Positions 1 to 8,243 are shown, counted from the first letter of the stretch. The stretch is DNA of 32,000 nucleotides from Sedimentisphaera cyanobacteriorum (GCF_001997385.1 NZ_CP019633.1:2490001-2522000), one strand, 5' to 3'. The notes: generated by a model not told the origin, from the letters alone. Program-made: numbers and translations.

Positions 1-462
1 CACGACATCCCAGCCATGCACTTTCCCCTTATACCTGCCTGCAGCCTTGAATATATGCTCCTTCATCCTTTTGAGCAGTTCTTCGCGGCTAACCTCGCTT
101 CCATCTGCATTTTTGAACACCCAGTCCGGCGTCTGATTATGCCAGATTAGCGTATGGCCCACAACGAACATCGAATTTTCAGCCCCGATGGATGCGTATT
201 TATCTGCCGGCTCAAAATTGTACTCATCAGGCTCCGGATGTATGCTGCTCCATTTCATCACATTCTCAGGCGTGATGGAATTGAATTGTTCGCGAAGAAG
301 GCTTACTGCTTTTGGGGAGCGGCCGTAAATCTGGCTTCTGTTTACAGTAGCGCCGATATGAAAATCATCTTTGAAAACGTCTTTCAGACTTGTTAAAGAA
401 TTTTCCTCAGCTGCAAAGCATAAAGATACTGCTGCAAATAATGCTGCAAACCACAATCTCAT
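1..462 (-). CDS. Glycoside hydrolase family 10 endo-1,4-beta-xylanase, N-terminal 154 codons (remainder lies beyond the window start)
   Basis: Absent from the ORF track because the window edge truncates it. My minus-strand translation from ATG (462..460) reads MRLWFAALFAAVSLCFA (signal peptide) ...FNSITPENVMKW...FVVGHTLIWHNQTPDWVF...KVHGWDVV. These are the conserved N-terminal GH10 motifs. SD AAGGGAGA lies just upstream. The frame is open to position 1. Confidence 0.85.
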   Translation of the reverse strand, partial: MRLWFAALFAAVSLCFAAEENSLTSLKDVFKDDFHIGATVNRSQIYGRSPKAVSLLREQFNSITPENVMKWSSIHPEPDEYNFEPADKYASIGAENSMFVVGHTLIWHNQTPDWVFKNADGSEVSREELLKRMKEHIFKAAGRYKGKVHGWDVV

Positions 463-570
463 AAATTCTCCCTTAATTCAAACCGCAGGAATTTTACCGC
501 TGCACGATGATATTCAAATTTGATTTAATTTGCAAATACCATCTAACGGCTCTTCTGCATTTAGGCGAAT

Positions 571-3000
571 TTATTCGGTTTCGATTTTGGCTTCGAGGAT
601 TCCTGCGCAGGAGGTCTTTTTCGGGTTTACCACAATCCTCATTGCCTCGCACTCTTTTACCTCTGCTGGATGGACTGTGTTGAATGAATCCTCAATCACG
701 CTGTAGGAATCTGTCAGGTACGGCTCCATCTTCTCCCAGCTTCCGCTGATTTTTCGCTCGATATGCCAGCTTGCAGGAAGCTGCACGCCGCCGCCGCCGT
801 TGTAGAAATAAAGCCCAGCAGACGAAACTTTCTGGGTCTCATCGAAGCTGTAGGTGATTGTCTGGGACTTACCCCTTCTCGGCCAGCTCGTCCAGCGCGG
901 GATGCTTCTGTCGCTTGAAGACTCTGGAATCTTCCCGTCGCTAACAGCTTCCGCTTCATCTCCGCGATACGTATAGCTCGCTTCGATAATGCCCATATTG
1001 CTTATAAAGGCGTTTTCGCTCATTGCGGCCTTCCTTGCTCCCTGCTTGGTCTGGGCGAACCATACAGTCATACTCGTTCTCGGATTGCGGTTGTTCCAAA
1101 CGTTGTAAGGAGTAAGCACCACCTGCCTGATATCAGGGCTATTGTATTTGCGAGCAGGCAAGACGATCTTCTTATTGCCCGCAAGCATTCCGTTTTTAAT
1201 CTCAAGCACCTTCCCGGCAGCGCTGGTTTGGGTCAGATAGAAATTCTGAACCTTGCCTTTGCCGTTATCCGGCTCTTCGGCGCAGTAAACTATCGGGCCG
1301 CGCTCCACGGCCGCCTTGCCGATATTCGCTTCCACCTTATCTATGCAGTCAACGTATCGCACGGGCATATCCATAAACAGCTCCACGCTGTCTCCCCTTT
1401 GCCATTTGCGCTTTATAACTGCATATCCCTTCTGCATTTCCGGCTCAATTACCCTGCCGTTTACTGATATATTCCAGCTTGGCTTGATATTGTCTATGTA
1501 GCTGTAGAGTCCGCCCGGGGCGGGCTTGTTTCTGCACCAGCCCGGGATGCGAACCATAAGCCTGAATTCTCTCTGCTGCTCCGGCGAAACCTCTATCTCC
1601 ACTTCGCCGTTCCATGGGTATTCTGTTTTCTGCTTCAGCTCCACATCCACTGAATCAAGCGATACATTCGCATCGCTCTTGCCAAACAGATTCACATACA
1701 AATCATCGTTTCGCACTGCATATACATACCCGGGGACTGATGCCATAAAGCGGGTTATGTTTGTAGGGCAGCATGCGCAGCCGAACCAAGGCGAACGGGA
1801 GTAGCTGCCCTGCGATTCGAGCGGGTTTGGATAGAAGAATTCGTCGCCGTCAAGCGATACCCCGCTCACTGTACTGTTGTACAGCGTTCGCTCAAGCACG
1901 TCTATATATTTCGAATCTCCGTGCAGGAGGAACATCCTGTGATTGAGCATTACAAACGCCACCTGCGCGCAGGTTTCGCAGTACGCGCTTTCGTTGGGCA
2001 GTTCGTAGTTATCGCCGTAGGCCTCGCCGGCGTGCCTTGCGCCAACGCCGCCGGTAATGTAATACTTTTTGCCTACTATATTATTCCAGATGGCGTCGAT
2101 AGCACCAATGTATTCTTTGCTTCCTGTCATTGCAGCGATATCGGCCATACCGCTGTACATATAATTCGCCCGAACGGCATGACCTACAGCCTCCTTCTGC
2201 TCGGTAACGGGCTTATGCGCCTGTCGGTACTCCGAATGGGAGCCCGGGCTGCTCTGCTCGCCGCGGCGTTCAAGGAATTCCTCGGCCATCTTGAGATAGC
2301 GCTCATTCCCAGTAACGCGGTACAGCCTTGCAAGCCCCATCTCAATCTCCTGATGCCCCGGGTAGCCCTGATGTTCGCCGTCTAAGAATAGATCGCAAAC
2401 CAGATCGGCATTTTTTATCGCTACTTCGAGGAAGGTCCTGCGTCCTGTGGCGGTGTAGTGAGCAGCCGCAGCCTCGTACATATGCCCCGCATTGTAAAGC
2501 TCGTGTGAGCTTTTGAGATTATCCCAAGGCTTATTTATGTAGCAGCAATTGCCGGTTTTCGCATCTCTGTCTCTGGCTTTGAGCGTCCAAGCTGTGTACA
2601 GATAGCCGTTATCGTGCTGAGCTCCGGCAACCCATCCAATAAGATTCTCCAAATACTCCTCAAGCTCGGGATCTTTCTCTACCATAAGGCAGTATGCAGC
2701 GCCTTCCATAATCTTGAAAACATCAGAATCGTCGAAGCCCTGCCTGCCCTGAAATTCCTGATTGATCACACCGGCAGCGGCCTTGAAGTTGTCTATCCGG
2801 CCGGTCTGTTCGCATTTCTCGAATGCGTAGGGGATGGTAACGTTTTTGTTCGTTTCGAGCCGAGGCTTCCAGAATGAATCATTGAAATGAACTTTCGTGA
2901 AATCCACCGGCTGATAGGGATAGCTCCCTGCGGCCATAACTGCCGAAACCGAAACTAAAAGCACAAACATAACTGATATAGTTTTTCCTGAACGCTGCAT
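571..3000 (-). CDS. GH127 (DUF1680) beta-L-arabinofuranosidase-like glycoside hydrolase with signal peptide and C-terminal discoidin/F5-8-type-C-like domain
   Basis: 817-aa ORF (571..3024). GH127 hallmarks: HQEIEMGLARLY, NESAYCETCA, and WFGCACCPTNITRF (the Cys-rich Zn/nucleophile region known from HypBA1). N-terminal hydrophobic signal (ISVMFVLLVSVSAVMA). The last ~150 aa contain a ...DGK...RWTSW... pattern typical of F5/8 type C domains. ATG at 3000 with SD AGGAAAGG 6 nt upstream is preferred over the TTG at 3024. Confidence 0.85.
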   Translation of the reverse strand: MQRSGKTISVMFVLLVSVSAVMAAGSYPYQPVDFTKVHFNDSFWKPRLETNKNVTIPYAFEKCEQTGRIDNFKAAAGVINQEFQGRQGFDDSDVFKIMEGAAYCLMVEKDPELEEYLENLIGWVAGAQHDNGYLYTAWTLKARDRDAKTGNCCYINKPWDNLKSSHELYNAGHMYEAAAAHYTATGRRTFLEVAIKNADLVCDLFLDGEHQGYPGHQEIEMGLARLYRVTGNERYLKMAEEFLERRGEQSSPGSHSEYRQAHKPVTEQKEAVGHAVRANYMYSGMADIAAMTGSKEYIGAIDAIWNNIVGKKYYITGGVGARHAGEAYGDNYELPNESAYCETCAQVAFVMLNHRMFLLHGDSKYIDVLERTLYNSTVSGVSLDGDEFFYPNPLESQGSYSRSPWFGCACCPTNITRFMASVPGYVYAVRNDDLYVNLFGKSDANVSLDSVDVELKQKTEYPWNGEVEIEVSPEQQREFRLMVRIPGWCRNKPAPGGLYSYIDNIKPSWNISVNGRVIEPEMQKGYAVIKRKWQRGDSVELFMDMPVRYVDCIDKVEANIGKAAVERGPIVYCAEEPDNGKGKVQNFYLTQTSAAGKVLEIKNGMLAGNKKIVLPARKYNSPDIRQVVLTPYNVWNNRNPRTSMTVWFAQTKQGARKAAMSENAFISNMGIIEASYTYRGDEAEAVSDGKIPESSSDRSIPRWTSWPRRGKSQTITYSFDETQKVSSAGLYFYNGGGGVQLPASWHIERKISGSWEKMEPYLTDSYSVIEDSFNTVHPAEVKECEAMRIVVNPKKTSCAGILEAKIETE

Positions 3001-3038
3001 ATAAGACCTTTCCTGAAAATTCAAATCGTGAAAACTGT

Positions 3039-4338
3039 CTTAGAATAAAATCTGAAGCGCAACATTTTTATCCGCTCCAGAGCATCTCATTTGGTGTCCG
3101 ATAGTTTAAGCATTTCCTTGGCCTATTATTGATTAAGGATACGGCTTTGTCAATTTCTGCTTTGCTTACTTTCTTAAAATCAGTACCTTTTGGAAAAAAC
3201 TGACGCAGCAGTCCGTTGGTATTTTCGTTCGTACCACGCTGATATGAGCTGTACGGATCAGCAAAGTAGCAGCATAGACCGACCATTCTTTCCATCTCCT
3301 TAAATCCGCCAAATTCCTTGCCGTTATCAACCGTTAGTGTCTTTCGTTTGAACTTAGGAATTTTCCTGAATATTCTCTTGGTAGTAACGTTCATACTGGC
3401 TGCACTCTTGTCATCCATTTTACCGACCAGCAGGTAGCGGGTTTTCCGCTCTACATGGGTGGCAACAAACGAACTGTGCCCCTTGCCGCTTACGGTATCA
3501 CCTTCCCAGTCGCCAATGCGGCTGCGTTTATCAACAACAGCCGGACGTTCACTGATCGGAGCTCTCTCCGGTATCCGGCCACGTTTGTCGCTGCTGCCGT
3601 GTTTCTTTCTCCTTTTACGATGTCCTTGCCTCAAATACTTATAATAATCGCCGCCGGCAGCTTTATCTCTCTTTATCCAACTATATATGGTTAAATGACT
3701 TACGCGCATTTCCTGCTCGTAGGGATAATCAATTTTAAGGCGAGCGGATATCTGCTCGGGCGAGTGATATTGTTCAAGTTTATTGATTACAAGCCGGCAC
3801 AATCGGCCGTTCTGCTCCAAGCGATAAGGGCGTTTGGATGCGACTCTGCGTTTGTTGTAATATCCAAGGGCAAGGTGCGGTTTGTAATCCCCAGTTGAAG
3901 AGACATTGCGACTCAATTCTCGACTTATCGTGCCCTTGTTTCTGCCGAGATATTCGGCAATCTGAGATAATTTTTTTCCTTTTGCCTGCATTTTTAGTAT
4001 GCATTCTCTTTCATTGATGTTAAGATGTTTGTAGCCCATTGCGGTTCCTTAAATAGAGTATTTTTCGTAAAAAACATTCTATCGGAAACACCCGTAATGG
4101 GCACTCTTTTTTTTACTTTTCTATGCTTGCTCTGCTGTTATAATTAAATCGCTGCTGCAGGGGATAGGGCTATGCTGGAGAGCAACCCGAGCGCTGCAAC
4201 TGTCAAACTTGGGAAAAGGCGGCCTAAAAACCGCCTTGCCTATGAAATTCCCAGGTTTGCCTAAAGCGATAAACTCCAGCCCGCCTCAGGCGGGCTGATT
4301 AAATTAGCAAAGCGTTGCGCTTCAAATTAAAATTCAAG
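3039..4338 (-). mobile_element. IS30-family insertion sequence (ends approximate)
   Basis: Imperfect terminal inverted repeats. 3039-3063 is cttagaataaaatctgaagcgcaac; the reverse complement of 4314-4338 is cttgaattttaatttgaagcgcaac. That is 19/25 identical, with the inner 15 nt matching 14/15 and the innermost 11 nt (tgaagcgcaac) perfect. They enclose the IS30 transposase gene. No target duplication could be assigned. The 275-300 nt non-coding stretch upstream of tnp is unusually long. Confidence 0.5.
3068..4039 (-). CDS. IS30 family DDE transposase
   Basis: 323 aa. N-terminal HTH (INERECILKMQAKGKKLSQIAEYLGRNKGTISRELSRN). Catalytic DDE context: GDWEGDT ... TVDNGKEF ... YQRGTNENTNGLLRQFFPKG. 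ATG at 4039 with SD AAGGAA. Confidence 0.95.
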   Translation of the reverse strand: MGYKHLNINERECILKMQAKGKKLSQIAEYLGRNKGTISRELSRNVSSTGDYKPHLALGYYNKRRVASKRPYRLEQNGRLCRLVINKLEQYHSPEQISARLKIDYPYEQEMRVSHLTIYSWIKRDKAAGGDYYKYLRQGHRKRRKKHGSSDKRGRIPERAPISERPAVVDKRSRIGDWEGDTVSGKGHSSFVATHVERKTRYLLVGKMDDKSAASMNVTTKRIFRKIPKFKRKTLTVDNGKEFGGFKEMERMVGLCCYFADPYSSYQRGTNENTNGLLRQFFPKGTDFKKVSKAEIDKAVSLINNRPRKCLNYRTPNEMLWSG

Positions 4339-4435
4339 TTTTTAACCCTCAAAATTGAAAAAATACTTGGCCTGCTAATTTTTCAGGTTATAAATCTACA
4401 AGATAAGTAAAATCTAAACTTGAAAGGTTATTGAA

Positions 4436-4633
4436 ATGAAAAGAATTGCTTTGGTTTTGACTGTTTTGTTAGCGGCAGTTAATTATGCTTATTCAGCCGG
4501 GATAGAAATGAATATTTCACCTGACGGCAGCAATGTGAAAGTAACTTACGGCGGCAGCCTCGATTTAACCAGCTTTTTCAACTCTGGCTCAGTAGAAAGT
4601 AGGGACTCTGTCGGCGAACAGGCTTTGCTATAG
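4436..4633 (+). CDS. N-terminal fragment (signal peptide plus about 45 aa) of a PEP-CTERM protein, terminated by an in-frame TAG
   Basis: MKRIALVLTVLLAAVNYAYSA is a classical Sec signal peptide. The ORF stops at TAG 4631-4633. It is in the same reading frame as ORF 4682..5038, with no other stop between them. Confidence 0.6.
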   Translation: MKRIALVLTVLLAAVNYAYSAGIEMNISPDGSNVKVTYGGSLDLTSFFNSGSVESRDSVGEQALL

Positions 4634-4681
4634 CCTCAGGAACCGGTTATTGGCGTCTTTACTACCACTGCGGATACGGAG

Positions 4682-5038
4682 ATGGGGTTTATCTCGGGTA
4701 TTGATTCTCCGCTGCCCTCTTTCGGCTCTGATGTACAATCTGTCCCAGACAGTTTTTACGGCGACAGTTTTGGAGTAACAATAGTTTCTGACACGTCAGA
4801 TCAAGCTATCTTTTTTGACGAGAAGGATATCGACGAGAATAACATTGCCTCGGTAAGCGGCGGGATGACTTTTCAAAACAAAACAATTTCCGATCTGGGG
4901 CTCAATTTGGGCACTTACCAAATGAACGACTCAGATTTCGCTGAAGACGAAAACGTTACAATGACCATAACCCCCGAACCGGCAACTCTCGCGATCCTTG
5001 GTCTGGGAGGACTGTTCGTGCGCCGCCGCAGAGCCTGA
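4682..5038 (+). CDS. PEP-CTERM sorting domain-containing protein (C-terminal fragment of the 4436..5038 reading frame)
   Basis: The C-terminus, ITPEPATLAILGLGGLFVRRRRA, is a PEP motif followed by a TM helix and an Arg cluster, i.e. the PEP-CTERM/exosortase sorting signal. This fragment has no signal peptide of its own, so it is probably non-functional unless joined to 4436..4633. Confidence 0.7.
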   Translation: MGFISGIDSPLPSFGSDVQSVPDSFYGDSFGVTIVSDTSDQAIFFDEKDIDENNIASVSGGMTFQNKTISDLGLNLGTYQMNDSDFAEDENVTMTITPEPATLAILGLGGLFVRRRRA

Positions 5039-5295
5039 GAGGATAAAACTTCTTGAGGATTTTTGACCCCGCCGGCATCCATCTTAGGCACGGATTAAAT
5101 ACCCGCTGCAGTTTTTTGAATCACGAGGCACGCGAAAATCACTAAATTCCTCTTAGGTGTTATAAACCAGAGCCTTATATTCAATAATTATCTGCACAGT
5201 CTGCGTACTCTGCGGATTTAAACTGCCTGCCGCACAAATCACAGCTGCTTTCTGCTCAGAGATTTGCAATGTCTTAAAAAATTTTATTTTTTTTC

Positions 5296-5324
5296 TTGCA
5301 ATCGGCTATAAGTAGGACTAAAAT
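5296..5324 (+). promoter_or_regulatory. Putative sigma-70-type promoter of the Rrf2-cupin-hcp operon
   Basis: TTGCAA (5296-5301), 17-nt spacer, TAAAAT (5319-5324), 25 nt upstream of the Rrf2 start. A weak AT-rich inverted repeat, TATAAGT-N11-AGTTATA (5307-5331, 6/7), overlaps the -10 and could be the Rrf2 operator. Hexamer matching only. Confidence 0.4.
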
Positions 5325-5349
5325 AGTTATATATTAAAAGGAAAATGAG

Positions 5350-5766
5350 ATGGATGTAATAAGAAGAAACACAGACTACGCCCTCAGGATAATGGTAAAC
5401 CTTGCCTCAAACTATATGAAAGGGTCTAAAACCTCTCGTCAGCTCTCGAAAGAGGAAGAGGTTTCCAGCCAGCTTACAAGCAAACTGCTTCAAACTCTTA
5501 AGGCTGCAGGATTCGTAAAAAGCATTATGGGAGTAAAAGGCGGATTTGAGCTGGCCAAGCCGCCTTCGCAAATTCAAATGCTTGAGGTTGTAGCTGCAGT
5601 TCAGGGGCCTATTACTCTGAACAGATGCGTGCTTGGCAAAGATAAATGTCCTAAACAGGGCAAATGCCCAATGACTGCAAAGCTGAATTCCCTTCAGCAA
5701 ACAATTGAAGAAAACCTAAGAAGCGTAACGATGGCAGACCTTGCCGAACTTGTAAAAGATAATTAA
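5350..5766 (+). CDS. Rrf2 family transcriptional regulator (IscR/NsrR-like, three-Cys Fe-S ligand motif)
   Basis: The N-terminus MDVIRRNTDYALRIMVNLA is the Rrf2 wHTH signature. C-x6-C-x5-C (CVLGKDKCPKQGKCP) sits at the position of the Fe-S ligands of IscR/NsrR. SD AAAAGGA precedes the start. Confidence 0.9.
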   Translation: MDVIRRNTDYALRIMVNLASNYMKGSKTSRQLSKEEEVSSQLTSKLLQTLKAAGFVKSIMGVKGGFELAKPPSQIQMLEVVAAVQGPITLNRCVLGKDKCPKQGKCPMTAKLNSLQQTIEENLRSVTMADLAELVKDN

Positions 5767-5776
5767 AGGATTAGAA

Positions 5777-6115
5777 ATGATAATTACAAAAACAAAAGAT
5801 ACTCCTTTCACCGAAAACCCGCATAAAGTTAAGGCTCAAAAACTTTACGATAAAACAACCGCCCAGATAATCCACCTCACACTTGAGCAGGGAGAATCTC
5901 TTCGAAAACACATAACGCCTGTTGACGTAGCGTTTTATGTATTGGAAGGAAAAGGATTAGTAGAGATCGGCGAAGAAAGCCATGAAGCAGAAAAGGACGA
6001 TATAATTGAAAGCCCCAAAAATATCCCGCACCGATGGATAAACACCTCCGATGAAAAGTTAAGAATACTCGTTATCAAGACCCCTGCCCCAACCAGCGCA
6101 ACTAGAATCCTCTGA
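5777..6115 (+). CDS. Cupin domain-containing protein
   Basis: 112 aa, with a pattern typical of small cupin_2 proteins (...[30 protein letters not shown]...[18 protein letters not shown]). SD AAAGGA precedes the start. Tightly packed between the Rrf2 gene and hcp. Confidence 0.75.
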   Translation: MIITKTKDTPFTENPHKVKAQKLYDKTTAQIIHLTLEQGESLRKHITPVDVAFYVLEGKGLVEIGEESHEAEKDDIIESPKNIPHRWINTSDEKLRILVIKTPAPTSATRIL

Positions 6116-6174
6116 GACTGGCGGGAGCCGAAAAGAATTTTTTTATTTTTTGTTATATTTGAAAGGATTGCATT

Positions 6175-7787
6175 ATGTTTTGTTATCAATGCCAGGAAGC
6201 CCTTGGAATAAGGGGTGTGTAAGGAACGGAATGTGCGGAAAAAAGGGGTTTACCGCAGACCTCCAAGACCTGCTGATTTATACGGTGAAAGGCGTATCTC
6301 TTGCAGCAGAAAAAGCGGAAAAGTATGACGAAGAGGTGATCGATTTTGTGCGGAAGGCGATGTTCACCACTGTAACGAACGTAAGCTTTGATGATGAGAG
6401 GATCCTCGAAACGATTAAAAAAGGCCTTTCACTGAGAGATAAGATTATCAGCGAGGCCGGTATCGACAGCTCCGGCTCAGACGTTCTAACATGGAACTGC
6501 GGCAGCGAAGATGAATTTCGCGAGAAGGCCGATAAGGTCGGCGTTTTGAACACTGAGAATGAAGACATAAGGTCTCTGCGGGAACTGCTCACCTACGGCG
6601 TAAAAGGGATAGCGGCATACGCAGACCACGCAGCTGTGCTTGGCTATAACGACCCGACAGTGGATGATTTTATGGTGAAGGCGATGGCTGCAGCCACAAA
6701 AGACCTGTCCGCTGATGAGCTAACCAGTATGGTGCTGGCAGCCGGTAATAATGGTGTAAATGTTATGGCGGTTCTCGATAAGGCTCACAACGAAACCTAC
6801 GGCAGCCCTGAGATCTCAGAGGTGAATCTGGGTGTTGGCCAGAGGCCGGGAATCTTAATCTCAGGCCATGATATGAAGGATATGCAGGAGCTTCTCGAGC
6901 AGACAGAAAACACCGGCGTAGATGTTTATACACACGGCGAAATGCTTCCGGCCAACTATTATCCGGCGTTTAAGAAATTCGACCACTTCATCGGCAACTA
7001 CGGCAATTCTTGGTGGGCTCAGGATGAGGAATTCGAGGCGTTCAACGGCCCGATACTTATGACAACAAACTGCCTTATCCCGCCGAAAGACTCATACAAA
7101 GACAAGGTGTTTACAACGAGCGTTGTGGCATTTCCCGGTATGAAGCATATTCCCGACAGACCGGAAGGCGGAAGCAAAGACTTCTCAAAGATTATCGAGA
7201 TGGCTAAGCAGTGCGACCCGCCGAAAGAGCTCGAAACCGGCAAGCTTGTGGGAGGATTCGCTCATAATCAGGTAATGCAGCTTGCAGATAAGGTTGTGGA
7301 TGCGGTTAAGTCCGGCGCTGTGCGAAAGTTTGTGGTGATGGCAGGCTGCGACGGCCGGCACGATACCAGAAACTACTACACCGAATTCGCAAAGCAGCTG
7401 CCAAGCGATACGATTATCCTTACTGCCGGCTGCGCTAAATACCGCTACAACAAGCTCGACCTCGGCGATATCGGCGGAATACCGCGCGTGCTCGATGCCG
7501 GGCAGTGCAACGACAGCTACTCACTCGCACTGATAGCTTTGAAGCTGAAGGAAGCCTTTGAGCTGGAAGACATCAACGACCTGCCGATTGTTTACAACGT
7601 GGCGTGGTATGAGCAGAAGGCGGTTATTGTTCTGCTTGCTCTGCTCGCTCTTGGCGTAAAGAATATTCACCTCGGCCCGACACTGCCGGCATTCCTCTCT
7701 GAGAACGTGGCGAATGTGCTCGTGGAAAAATTCGACATCTCACCAATCAGCACAGTGGAAGAAGATATGAAAAAGCTTGTCGGCTAA
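6175..7787 (+). CDS. hcp: Hybrid cluster protein / hydroxylamine reductase, with a 1-nt frameshift after codon 11 (as sequenced, a possible pseudogene or indel error)
   Basis: The long ORF (6150..7787) reads ...[29 protein letters not shown]..., typical Hcp. The canonical N-terminus [11 protein letters not shown] is encoded from ATG 6175 (SD GAAAGGA 8 nt upstream) in the adjacent frame, which stops at TAA 6220-6222. Joining the frames at A6207 gives [23 protein letters not shown], the class-I CX2CX8CX5C motif. Confidence 0.9.
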
Positions 7788-7805
7788 AACCGCAGCTATA
7801 TGTAC

Positions 7806-7841
7806 AAAAAGCTCCCCGAAATTCGGGGATCTTACTTTTTT
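7806..7841. terminator. Putative bidirectional intrinsic terminator between convergent hcp and the P-II/czc (formerly rpoN) transcription units
   Basis: Stem tccccg (7813-7818) / cgggga (7824-7829) with a 5-nt loop. An A5 run lies on the left (T-run on the minus strand, 2 nt from the stem) and a T6 run on the right (7836-7841). Confidence 0.5.
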
Positions 7842-7890
7842 CTTATCACTTTTTTTCTTTGAGCTGGGCGGAGTTTCAAAGCGGGAATCA

Positions 7891-7913
7891 AATACTATTC
7901 ATACTGCTTTCTC
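7891..7913. repeat. 23-bp perfect direct repeat, copy A (aatactattcatactgctttctc)
   Basis: Identical to 14777-14799, compared base by base. It covers the last codons and stop of the P-II-like gene plus 8 nt of 3' flank. Confidence 0.95.
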
Positions 7914-8228
7914 CCCTCTTTCCTTACTGCTGATACGCACTGCATCGTTCAGAGGCAATACATAAATTTTCCCGTCTCCGCGAAGCCCAGTATGGGCTGC
8001 TTGGGCAATTGCTGAAAGCACCTGATCCACTAAATCATTATGGCATGATAGCTCTAATTTAATATGGGGGCTTGTCTTGAACGAAATTTCGCGGTCGTTC
8101 ACACTGCGGTCTTGGCCGAAGCCCTGAACCTCTGAGGAGCTTGCGCCCGTAAGCCCTTCAATTTTATGCAATGCAAGCATTACTGCATCAAGCATATTAG
8201 GTTTTACAAAAGCGATTATCATTTTCAT
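7899..8228 (-). CDS. P-II (GlnB-like) family protein associated with the RND efflux operon
   Basis: 109 aa. Alignable by eye to GlnB: MKMIIAFVKP..., SEVQGFG, GLRGDGKIYV. The T-loop is shorter and lacks the Tyr51 equivalent. ATG at 8228 with SD AAGGAG, 16 nt downstream of the pump gene. Confidence 0.8.
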   Translation of the reverse strand: MKMIIAFVKPNMLDAVMLALHKIEGLTGASSSEVQGFGQDRSVNDREISFKTSPHIKLELSCHNDLVDQVLSAIAQAAHTGLRGDGKIYVLPLNDAVRISSKERGEKAV

Positions 8229-8243
8229 TTCGAATCTCCTTCA

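Noticed and set aside
154-396. 80-aa plus-strand ORF at the left edge
   Set aside because: It lies entirely antisense to the GH10 xylanase reading frame, which has strong family motifs, a signal peptide and an SD. It is a shadow ORF.
714-2877. Several 60-154-aa ORFs on both strands inside 571..3024 (e.g. 1921..2385, 154 aa)
   Set aside because: All overlap the GH127 gene in other frames. Their translations are low-complexity (Ala/Arg/Ser-rich) with no start context. They are typical shadows of a GC-rich coding frame.
3455-4004. Small ORFs overlapping the IS30 transposase gene on both strands
   Set aside because: They are nested within or antisense to a full-length transposase with an intact DDE triad, and have no independent signals.
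4631-4633. Pyrrolysine or other amber recoding of the TAG in the PEP-CTERM gene
   Set aside because: The window contains no pyl genes or suppressor tRNA, and a single isolated TAG is not evidence. A nonsense mutation or base-call error is more parsimonious.
5407-6189. Minus-strand ORFs 5407..5700 (97 aa) and 5935..6189 (84 aa)
   Set aside because: They are antisense to the Rrf2 and cupin genes, both of which have clear family signatures and SDs.
6202-6210. Programmed -1 ribosomal frameshift as the explanation for the hcp frame change
   Set aside because: No X XXY YYZ slippery heptamer is present at CTT GGA ATA, and I saw no obvious downstream stimulatory structure. A 1-nt deletion or indel error in the short A-run is the simpler explanation. 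It remains flagged as a finding, but not as recoding.
7777-7965. 62-aa plus-strand ORF spanning the hcp/P-II intergenic region
   Set aside because: It covers the terminator hairpin and the 3' end of the P-II gene. It has no SD and its translation is low-complexity.
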